Below are positions 8,921 to 16,976 of a DNA stretch of 64,000 bases, one piece after another. The stretch comes from Candidatus Hecatella orcuttiae (GTDB lineage Archaea > Thermoproteota > Bathyarchaeia > Hecatellales > Hecatellaceae). A program made the position numbers and the translations under genes. The stretch spans positions 667,053 through 731,052 of the forward strand of contig MTLY02000003.1 in NCBI GenBank assembly GCA_002011035.2. Direction: 5' to 3'. The notes beneath the pieces were generated by a model. It worked only from the letters and a program-made list of their open reading frames with translations, ran no database searches and was not told where the DNA came from. Every line of letters starts with the position of its first letter. Position 1 is the first letter of the stretch.

Positions 8921-9074
8921 GGGCCCGTAGGCTGCCAGCCGCAGCCGGGAGGCTCAGCTAGGATAGAGCACCGGGCTTTTACGGGCCACCCGCCCAAAGC
9001 CACCCGGAAGAAGAAAGGCCAAGCCCGCCTCTTCTGGGGAAGGGTCTCGGGTTCGATTCCCGACGGGCCCGCCA
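8921..9074 (+). tRNA. tRNA-Lys(UUU) with three BHB introns (8930-8951, 8982-9001, 9008-9041); CCA encoded
   Basis: Removing the three introns gives GGGCCCGTAGCTCAGCTAGGATAGAGCACCGGGCTTTTAACCCGGGGGTCTCGGGTTCGATTCCCGACGGGCCCGCCA, a full cloverleaf; each junction forms a bulge-helix-bulge. Confidence 0.92.
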
Positions 9075-9356
9075 TTTCACTGGTTTAACGAATTCTTAAG
9101 CATTTGTTTATCAGCTGTATGAATTGTTTCTAAGGAAATAGCAGCGTCGTTGGTTGAAGGCTTTGGGAGCTGGCTTAGGATTAAACACTGTTCTGCTTTG
9201 ATTTCCAGATTCAGTCTTAATTCTCCACTTCACCCATCCTAGAAAAGACCCCTCTTCTGTTTCTGTTGTTCCCTTGTCTGAAATGTGTTAAAGCCGGTAG
9301 GAAACATGCAAAACTATTTAATCTATAAGCTTCAATAAGATACTGAGGGTATTTTT

Positions 9357-10364
9357 ATGTCGCAAAGCCTTATTTCTGATGCTCCGGGGATGAGAGACCT
9401 TGTTGGGACCTATGCGTGGGTTACGGGGAGGCACTCTGCGGCGCTCAGGAAGCTGGCTTCTAAGATTGTGAAATACTATGTTTCCTACGTGAAGGTTGAA
9501 GACGGAAAGGTGGTCAGCATCTCCCCTGAAAACGCTCACACACCCACCGTGGAGAACATGCTCTACCGTATACATGCAGGATGGTCCAAGGATCCTGAAG
9601 AAAAGGTTGGGCGGTTTGTGGACTCCAAGATTACCCTTGCAGAGCTACAAGAGATCAGGGAAGCGGCGGACGCAGCGTTACGCGTGATAGAGGAGAACAA
9701 GTGGCCAGCGGGAAACATGGCCCGCTGCCTCGAACCCTTCTTAGGTGTGATACGTGAACTCTTTGAGCTGATAAGAAAGAAAGACGTTACCTCGAATAAA
9801 GTCATCAAAAAGTATGAGGAGGCCGTGAGGAAGTTCCATAAGGAACTTGTCGAGACACCGTGGGACAAGCTCCCAAAAGCCGATCCCCCTACGATAAAAG
9901 AAACATTAGCAGATTTCGCCAAGATACTGGGGGAGGTGCAAAAAGGAGTAGAATTTTGGACCTTTTATTTGCCGGGTCTCCCCACAGACTTCGACAGGAT
10001 CGCATCAACCTTCTATGTTTCAGTCAGGGAAATAGACGATGCCTTCCGCGGATACGAGGAGCTGGTCAGAAGTTGTAAAGAAAAGTCAGGCTTCATGAAA
10101 GGACCCCCACCTGACCTCACGCAAAGCGCAATGCAAGCCATGCGCAGATTATGGGATCTACTATGTGGACTGGGAATCCCAACCGTTCTGTCTTCCAACT
10201 ATCTAAAAAAACCTATTTTCAAGAAAGAAGCGTTGAGAGAGATCGACAAAGCCATAGAGAAAGCTTCCAAGCAAGGCTACGTAGACGGCAAAGACGCGAG
10301 TAGAGTGCTCCATTTCCTAGGATTCGGCTCCCGTATGTCCATAGTCCGCTGGATGAACAGGTAA
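9357..10364 (+). CDS. Hypothetical alpha-helical protein
   Basis: 335-aa ORF with TATA-like TATTTAATCTATA upstream; no recognisable motif. Confidence 0.6.
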   Translation: MSQSLISDAPGMRDLVGTYAWVTGRHSAALRKLASKIVKYYVSYVKVEDGKVVSISPENAHTPTVENMLYRIHAGWSKDPEEKVGRFVDSKITLAELQEIREAADAALRVIEENKWPAGNMARCLEPFLGVIRELFELIRKKDVTSNKVIKKYEEAVRKFHKELVETPWDKLPKADPPTIKETLADFAKILGEVQKGVEFWTFYLPGLPTDFDRIASTFYVSVREIDDAFRGYEELVRSCKEKSGFMKGPPPDLTQSAMQAMRRLWDLLCGLGIPTVLSSNYLKKPIFKKEALREIDKAIEKASKQGYVDGKDASRVLHFLGFGSRMSIVRWMNR

Positions 10365-10578
10365 GATAACAAGGCTGGGGAGGGTAGCTACCGCAGTCTA
10401 CTTCCACCGCCACATGGGACTAGGGATCAAAGGTGACACTCGCTACCCAGTCAAACAGTTTAGGAAACCTTGAAAAGTAGGCAGAACTGGTCTGCTTGAT
10501 CCTTATAACGTAGCTGAAATCTTATCGCTTAAGAAGCAATTAAGGTCACTTTATAAGACTGCTAGCTAACATATACTC

Positions 10579-11052
10579 ATGGCCCAGAAGATCTATCCTC
10601 TGATGAGACTGAGGGACATGGCCCTCATTTCTGTCATGTTTTTGTTCTTGTTCGCTGCTCTCAACGGGTTCCTGTTGCCTCTTTTAACTCGCTTCATTCC
10701 TGAAGCGGCATTGTTTTGGCTGGCTTGGGGTTGGATAATCTTTCTGTTATTGATACTTAGCGTCATCAGCATGATCCTTAATGGGTTGGGCATCAGGAAG
10801 AGTGAGATAGTCCTTGGCGAAGAAGGCATGCTCATCAAACACACCTTATGGAGGACGACTAGCATTCAAAAGGTAACAGATGTGAAGATATCCAAGTCTG
10901 GGAAAGTGACGGTCGAAGGCTTGAGTGCTGATGGAAAGAGAATCCGTAGAACGTTCTCAAGGACGTTTGGCTTAGCAAAGAAATGGGAGGATTTCAAGAA
11001 GGAATTGCAAAATTTCGTCACCCCCTCCAAGGAGCAACAAAGCCAAGGATAA
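10579..11052 (+). CDS. Two-TM membrane protein with PH-like cytoplasmic domain
   Basis: Two hydrophobic helices followed by a beta-rich domain and terminal helix (KKWEDFKKEL); paralog of 12305-12763. Confidence 0.65.
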   Translation: MAQKIYPLMRLRDMALISVMFLFLFAALNGFLLPLLTRFIPEAALFWLAWGWIIFLLLILSVISMILNGLGIRKSEIVLGEEGMLIKHTLWRTTSIQKVTDVKISKSGKVTVEGLSADGKRIRRTFSRTFGLAKKWEDFKKELQNFVTPSKEQQSQG

Positions 11053-11381
11053 AAAGGAGGAGTATTCACTAAACACCCTCATAAGCTCTGTCAGTTTCTA
11101 AACTGGAACTTCACCCCTCATTTATTCAAAGTTCCGACAGATCGGTTTATCCAAGAGTGATGGAGAAATCTGTTTTATCCCCTTTTCGAACGTGAACAGA
11201 CTTTTCGTCTTATCCACTATCACGCCAAGTTTATTCAACTCAGCCTCCAATGGGCGGACTTCCCCTTCCCTTCCTACTATCGTTTCAGCTCTGAGTCCGA
11301 ACTCTCCCAAAACCCCGAATGTGTTCTGCCCGTATTCTGTCCTGTCAAGGTATTCCTTTATAGCCTTCGCCATTTCCGCGT

Positions 11382-12149
11382 TCAGGTTTCCCTTCTTCCA
11401 GCTTTGATTCTTTCTAAGCGTTCTAGCCAGTCGTACAGCGGTTTCCTCGCCTTCTCCCAATCATAATTCTCCGGAGCCCCGAATGGCTGTTCTCTCAGAT
11501 AATATTCCTGATCACGGTTTATCTGTTCGATGCCATGTTTGACAGCAGCGATCATTTCCTCTACAGAGATGTATTTCTCTAGGAAAGAGGCGTATCCATG
11601 TGTTTTGATCAAGCTTAGAATGAGTTCCTTATCCCTGCGGACATCGGGGTCCATCTCTTCGAGAAGCTTTTCGAATGCTACCACTGGAGGAACGTAAATC
11701 GTCGCTAAGAACTTCAGTATCACTTCTTTATCTTTTCTCCACCTTGAATCCTTGATGACAACTTCTGCTGCGGAACGGGAGTTCGGGGAGCCGGATGAGA
11801 GCATTATATCTCTGCATGTTCCATAATCTTCAAGCTTGACTAACGCCCGTTCGACGTGGGTAAGCCACGGACGATTTTTGTGATAACGATCTCTGTAGTA
11901 TAATTCTCTGAGGGCTTGGACGGCATCCTCACCGCCTATGTTGGCCAACGCCTCCACGCTCACCGGAGTATGTGAGAATTTTGCATATTCTAGGAGAGGT
12001 TTAACGGCACGCTTGTCACCAAGTTCTCCCAGCCTCCTAGCAGTCTTCTCCCCTTCCTTCCCATAACGTCCCCGCTCGGAAAGCGCTTTTTCTAATTTGT
12101 CAATGTACTTGGGGACTTGGTCGCCGCGGAATCTGTCTAAGAAGCCCAT
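11382..12149 (-). CDS. HEAT (PBS lyase-type) repeat protein
   Basis: ARRLGELGDKRAVKPL and EALANIGGEDAVQAL repeats; N-terminus MGFLDRF. Confidence 0.75.
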   Translation of the reverse strand: MGFLDRFRGDQVPKYIDKLEKALSERGRYGKEGEKTARRLGELGDKRAVKPLLEYAKFSHTPVSVEALANIGGEDAVQALRELYYRDRYHKNRPWLTHVERALVKLEDYGTCRDIMLSSGSPNSRSAAEVVIKDSRWRKDKEVILKFLATIYVPPVVAFEKLLEEMDPDVRRDKELILSLIKTHGYASFLEKYISVEEMIAAVKHGIEQINRDQEYYLREQPFGAPENYDWEKARKPLYDWLERLERIKAGRRET

Positions 12150-12304
12150 CCGAATCCAGCAGACGATTGTTTTGCGGTAGATTTAAATGTTTCTAGCCCT
12201 GGAGTAAGCTTTGAGATTTGGGCGTAATGTCTTTCACGACTTCGATTCTACTTATAGATTGAAGATAATCCCTCTTGCTTCGGAGAATGCCTTGCAACCT
12301 AGGT

Positions 12305-12763
12305 TCATGTACGTTCTCGGGTAATTGCGGTATCTATACGTAGACAATTTAAGTCCTCTTTGAATTCCTCCCACCTTTCCTGCAGCTCCCCTTTCCTCGC
12401 AACCCGTTTCCTGATTTTCTTGCCGTCAGGAGCTTCGCCTACTATCGTTAAGCTTACCTCTTTCTTTCGAGCTCTCAAAGCCCTTCCTCTACTTATCTTT
12501 ACCTCACCTATCTTCCTGATTACAATTTCTCCCAATGGTCGATGAAGAATTACACCTTCTTCAGCGATGGTGATCCTCGTTATCGTAAAGAGCAACAGAG
12601 CTGCTGCCATAATGGCCAGCAGAAGAAAGTAGGCAGCAAGAGGTCCGGAGCTTGGAAGAACTTTGTATCTGTAACTTATTCCAGCAAACATAAGAAGTAG
12701 TAGTACTGCACCGGCGTCTTTTCCCAGCCCACCAAGCTTATAGACCTTCTCCTCCGTACCCAT
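12305..12763 (-). CDS. Two-TM membrane protein with PH-like cytoplasmic domain
   Basis: Same architecture and shared blocks with 10579-11052 (EEG.., VKIS, DGK.IR, WE.FK..L). Confidence 0.65.
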   Translation of the reverse strand: MGTEEKVYKLGGLGKDAGAVLLLLMFAGISYRYKVLPSSGPLAAYFLLLAIMAAALLLFTITRITIAEEGVILHRPLGEIVIRKIGEVKISRGRALRARKKEVSLTIVGEAPDGKKIRKRVARKGELQERWEEFKEDLNCLRIDTAITRERT

Positions 12764-12770
12764 AAAGACT

Positions 12771-14156
12771 TCAGCTCCTTCGTCTTCTTCTTACACCAAG
12801 ATAGAGAGCTCCTGCTACCAAGGCTGTTAGCACGACAGCAAGCACGACCGGCATGGTTCCTGCCCAGAATGTGGTGGGTGTAGGTGTGGGCTTCAGAGTG
12901 GGCGTAGGTCGGGGTGAAGGCTTCTCTTCTACTATTTCCCACCACCTATCGATCTGTCCGGGATCGATCGAAGTTGGGTCTGAGGGTTTGCCGCCAGCTC
13001 TCACAACCGAGGTTTCATGCTGTTCTACAAGGACTGTCTTTGTGCGGGTTAGGTCGGAGAATTCAGCTGAACCCTCGAGGACGATTATGGTTGTAGTTCC
13101 ATCTTCAGCGACCTCCAAGGAGAGTTCAGTCCCCCTAGTCCAAATCGTACTGAACGGAGTTGTTATGAGAAACCTTGCTCCGTCGATCCCAATCCACATC
13201 TTACCCCAGGAGAATTCCAGTTCTCTATCCCTTTCCCCACGGCCCAGCTGCTTGATGCTTACACGTGAGCTCTCTCCAACAACAAGAGAGGCGTTTTCCT
13301 CAGGGATGACTATCTTCACCTGCGTTTCCGACGCCGTGATCACGGTGTCTCCGACTTGAAGCATGGCGTAGTTTTCGTAACGGTACTCACCTGAATACTC
13401 ATCATACTCTCCGATTCGGTGAGCGTCTATCGTCATCGCTCGTTCTTCATCGTCTCTAAGAACCTTGAAGTTGCCGTAGTAGGTGTCGGCGACCACGGAG
13501 AGACCCCATGTAGGATAGAGAACCTTCACGACCTCTCCCCCGGCCTTCACCGAGTATGGATCTGACTGGTAGCTTGTAAAGAGCACCAGCTTTGGCTTAG
13601 GTGTTATAGGAGGCTCGCCCACAGTCTCCTCCACGTACGTGAGCTTTGCAAACAGCCAGAGCACACCTATCTGCCACGTTCCCCTCCATGTACTCGGTTC
13701 ACCTTCCCTTGGAAAAAAGACTAAGGACGCCGTTATAGCAGGCTCCTCGTCGGGGTAAATTGACAGCTGAGGGGGATCTAGGGAAATGGTGCCGGTGATC
13801 CCGACCACATATTCGGTGGGGCTTATCTCAGCCGCTACATGGGTGATATTTGGGTGATGATGGACGTAGTGTGGCTGCTGAAGTATGACCTTGGCCTTTC
13901 CGGCTAGGGGCGCAGATTTCCCCTCACTGCCTACATCCTGCACGGTGAACGCCAGCTTAACCGTACACTTCCAGGTTGATGCCTCCTGTCCATGAGCCTC
14001 CGTCCATGTAGCTTCTAATTCCCCGCTCCAACTACCCGCATACTTGAACCCGGAATCCTCCGCATGTACGCTTGGCACTTGGGTTGAAGCTGTGATCGAG
14101 GTTGATAGAGCAACAATCACTATGAGAAATACGGTTGCCAGCGCATGTTGAGGCAT
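12771..14156 (-). CDS. Surface-anchored FecR-domain protein
   Basis: Signal peptide; LQVGDTVIT..., GKMW, ITTPFSTIWTRGTE, IIVLEGS FecR-like motifs; Pro/Thr linker, C-terminal TM and RRRRRS. Confidence 0.75.
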   Translation of the reverse strand: MPQHALATVFLIVIVALSTSITASTQVPSVHAEDSGFKYAGSWSGELEATWTEAHGQEASTWKCTVKLAFTVQDVGSEGKSAPLAGKAKVILQQPHYVHHHPNITHVAAEISPTEYVVGITGTISLDPPQLSIYPDEEPAITASLVFFPREGEPSTWRGTWQIGVLWLFAKLTYVEETVGEPPITPKPKLVLFTSYQSDPYSVKAGGEVVKVLYPTWGLSVVADTYYGNFKVLRDDEERAMTIDAHRIGEYDEYSGEYRYENYAMLQVGDTVITASETQVKIVIPEENASLVVGESSRVSIKQLGRGERDRELEFSWGKMWIGIDGARFLITTPFSTIWTRGTELSLEVAEDGTTTIIVLEGSAEFSDLTRTKTVLVEQHETSVVRAGGKPSDPTSIDPGQIDRWWEIVEEKPSPRPTPTLKPTPTPTTFWAGTMPVVLAVVLTALVAGALYLGVRRRRRS

Positions 14157-14338
14157 TTATACACTATCCGCCAAACCTCTTTTAGCAAGGAGAATTTATA
14201 AACTTTATATCCACGGCATACAAAGTTTCCAAAACTTGGAGACGTTTATAGGCCTGTACAGCATGGAGTCGGGATTCCAACCTTCGCCCTAAGGAGGTTT
14301 TGACTTAACTTTCTTGAGGGCTAGCGTCGTCTTGTCAC

Positions 14339-15646
14339 CTATGCTGTTTCGCCTTTCGTCTCATGTCTCAACACATGAAGTAGCAGACCTTCTCGTAGCC
14401 TCTCTGCGTCCGGCTCAAGTTTCTCCGTATAGCTGAATACGTGGCTACTGCACTTCCTACATTTCCACACCCATAAAGTCAGGGAATCACTCGTTTCCAC
14501 CTTATACTCAAACCATTCCTTAATAGGCTTAGAAGACGGTCTCATTCTAGTTCGGATCTTTTCAAGCGCTTCCGCTGCTTTTCGGCGAACCAATGTACTA
14601 TCTTTTGCAGTGTAATACGTATTCTCTACGTAGGTCCCATACCATTCGACCGTGTCAATTAATGGTTCAACGGCCCTTTCATCCCCAACTTCACCCAAGG
14701 CCTCGGCGGCCCATGGTTTAATGTCAACGTCAACTCTGCTCCTTCTCCAACGGTCATCTGTCAGTACTTTGATGAGTGCTTCAACATCCCTTTCCTTTGT
14801 CATTTTATCTATCATCCTCTGAGAAATATATCGAACGGCGCTACGCGCAGCGTCGCTCACCGGATATTCATACTCGATCCTTGATTCTGAATAGTAGCCA
14901 GCTTCGTCTACGTTCTGATCGCTTACATGCCTTTCTTCCTTATACGGATCTGAGATTGCCACTTGGAGAAGAAGTTCGATCGCTTGTTCGTTTCCAATTC
15001 GGCCCAGTGCTTCAGCCGCGTCTTTGCGTACTCCCCACCAACTGTCTTTAAGAGCTTCGATCAGAGGAGGCACCGCCCAAGCGCCACCTATTCTTTTCAC
15101 CATTTCGACAACGGTATCCTTCCCGGGGACTTCCCTAGAGTCTTTACCAAGGGTCTTGGCCAATTGCCTGAAGGCAGGTTCACCGAGTTCTGCCAGCACA
15201 TCGGCGGCAATGTCGGTGGGCACTTTACCGCAATATTTGATAAGGGTTGCGATGGCTTTCTCATCACCCTCCTTTCCTAGGTTAGCAAGGTCTTTAAATG
15301 CCCTAACACACTCTTCCTCTCCGAAATCCCCAAGCTCCCAGGCCAGTGCCTCTACGGTCGAGCTGTTCATCGCTCTCAACGCTTCAGCAGCACATCGGCA
15401 TATCTGAACATATGCATCTTGATATGCACGCCAGTCCTTAGATGGTATGCGGTGGGGGTCGTGCTGTTGAAGCGTTTTGCACAACGGTTCCACGGCGCGT
15501 CTATCACCAATTCGACCTAACGCTCGGGCAGCTCCGGCGCGAACATCTAGGTCCCTATGGTTGAGCGCCTTTACCAATCCCTCAACATTCCGTTTCCGCT
15601 CCATCTTCTCGATATCGGGCTTGCCGAATATTCCCATTTTTGTCAC
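14339..15646 (-). CDS. HEAT repeat protein with C-terminal CxxC..HxxxH zinc finger
   Basis: GIFGKPDIEKM..RNVEGLVKAL, AARALGRIGDRRAVEPL, AAEALGRIG, AAEALGEVGDERAVEPL; WKCRKC...HVLRH. Confidence 0.8.
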   Translation of the reverse strand: MTKMGIFGKPDIEKMERKRNVEGLVKALNHRDLDVRAGAARALGRIGDRRAVEPLCKTLQQHDPHRIPSKDWRAYQDAYVQICRCAAEALRAMNSSTVEALAWELGDFGEEECVRAFKDLANLGKEGDEKAIATLIKYCGKVPTDIAADVLAELGEPAFRQLAKTLGKDSREVPGKDTVVEMVKRIGGAWAVPPLIEALKDSWWGVRKDAAEALGRIGNEQAIELLLQVAISDPYKEERHVSDQNVDEAGYYSESRIEYEYPVSDAARSAVRYISQRMIDKMTKERDVEALIKVLTDDRWRRSRVDVDIKPWAAEALGEVGDERAVEPLIDTVEWYGTYVENTYYTAKDSTLVRRKAAEALEKIRTRMRPSSKPIKEWFEYKVETSDSLTLWVWKCRKCSSHVFSYTEKLEPDAERLREGLLLHVLRHETKGETA

Positions 15647-15694
15647 TCACTTTTCATTAAGCTTTATTCCCATTTTGGCCGAAACATCTTCCCC

Positions 15695-16444
15695 TTATGG
15701 AAGCCAGCCACCTATGTTTATCCAAGCGTGCTCCAAGTCGATTTCATCAGCGGGGGATTTCTTCACGATGTGCCAAGCCAGTTTCATCAAATCTTTTCCG
15801 CCCATCTCATACAGTTCTTCCCCTATCTTCCTAGCTCGGATGTTCTTCCTCCTCTCCATTCCGCGCCCTTCTGGATAGAAACTGGGACCCTTTCCAAAGT
15901 ATCCTTGAGTTACTCCTATTGAGATCAACTCCGTGACCAGTCTTTCAAACTCCTCAAGTCTGTCGCCAGGAGTCACAACAGTCGTTATGATTTTCGCCTT
16001 CTTCTTGTAGATGATCTCGACGACGGCCCGCTGAAACACCTGGACCTTGTATATGCTTAGCTTTCTCCCAATTCCAAACACCCCCTTCCTACCTGGGGAC
16101 GCCAATTCAACGCTTCTCAGCGACGCAGTATCGTCAATCCTTTTTTTCGCTCTCTTCTTGGCGTCCTCTTCATCGAGCGCTTCGATTGTAAACTCCTTCT
16201 TTCCAGAAGACAGGTAAACTTTCTTGTCTAGGACTTCTCCATCAGCGGGTACATCTTTTCTTGCCTTCTCGAAGGCTTCCTCGACCGTTTGCGCAACAGA
16301 CCTTATCGTTTTGGGCTTTCCATCGGAAATGATCTTCGAGTCTAATTTCAAGAGAGGACCCATGATCGATAGTATCTCGCGCTTAACTTGTTTCCTGGCC
16401 TCTGCCAGAGATTCACCTTCGCCCACTATCTTTAGCGTAGTCAT
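15695..16444 (-). CDS. Tandem Jag_N-like domain protein with unknown C-terminal domain
   Basis: TVEEAFEKA and EEDAKKRA repeats plus ..PGRKGVFGIG (Jag_N signature); no KH/R3H visible. Confidence 0.6.
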   Translation of the reverse strand: MTTLKIVGEGESLAEARKQVKREILSIMGPLLKLDSKIISDGKPKTIRSVAQTVEEAFEKARKDVPADGEVLDKKVYLSSGKKEFTIEALDEEDAKKRAKKRIDDTASLRSVELASPGRKGVFGIGRKLSIYKVQVFQRAVVEIIYKKKAKIITTVVTPGDRLEEFERLVTELISIGVTQGYFGKGPSFYPEGRGMERRKNIRARKIGEELYEMGGKDLMKLAWHIVKKSPADEIDLEHAWINIGGWLP

Positions 16445-16551
16445 CTTATCGCCCCTCTGGTATTAAATATACCACATTCGGAACATCTTTCAGGTACCCT
16501 TTTTTCCGCATGCGTGTCTTCTCCCAAAAACAGCTTATCAAATATTCCCAA
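16441..16551 (-). CDS. Small 36-aa CxxC peptide (MGIFDKLFLGEDTHAEKRVPERCSECGIFNTRGAIR), below the ORF-track length cutoff
   Basis: TTG start with AGGTGA RBS; stop overlaps the next gene's start as ATGA. Confidence 0.5.
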   Translation of the reverse strand: MGIFDKLFLGEDTHAEKRVPERCSECGIFNTRGAIR

Positions 16552-16976
16552 CCTTTGTTCACCTAGAGCTCATAATATGAAAGCCTACTAACATTTATTA
16601 AATGAGTAGTACTTCACCTAATGGGGCATCTCATGACTAAGGGCCATATGAAGGATTCAGGTATAAGGCGTTGGCTTCACGAAGTGAACGGCATCAAGCC
16701 ATGGGAGTAAGCATTATGAGCGCTTCGCCAACAGTAAAAAATAACATCTACAAAACAGGAGTCCTCTACGGGATTAACGTAAAGGAAAACATATACCAAG
16801 ACTCAGCTCACGGTACTGCTTACACCTTGCTTGATAAGTATACCCCTAGTATCCGTGGGAGAAATTAGCATGCCAACCCTCCTATTAACGGCTGCTACAG
16901 GAGCCTTCGTGTTTTTCACGATTATCTTAACAGCGGGACAACCACCATAAAAAATCTGAAATGAAAGGAGATAAAA

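Noticed and set aside
8906-8929. Possible fourth tRNA intron (GGGCC-TGCCAGAACTGG-GCCC hairpin in the leader)
   Set aside because: BHB cleavage there would not rebuild the GGGCCCG acceptor stem; the tRNA is already complete from 8921
8881-9075. 64-aa minus-strand ORF
   Set aside because: It is the antisense shadow of the intron-containing tRNA-Lys
11122-11460. 112-aa minus-strand ORF
   Set aside because: Overlaps the HEAT gene's 3' end and has no recognisable motif; possibly a fragment but unsupported
16668-16732. Structured element GTTGGCTTCAC-GAA-GTGAA..AAGCCA..GCCAAC as a second attC
   Set aside because: The GTT and AAC boxes are in the wrong order for attC on both strands
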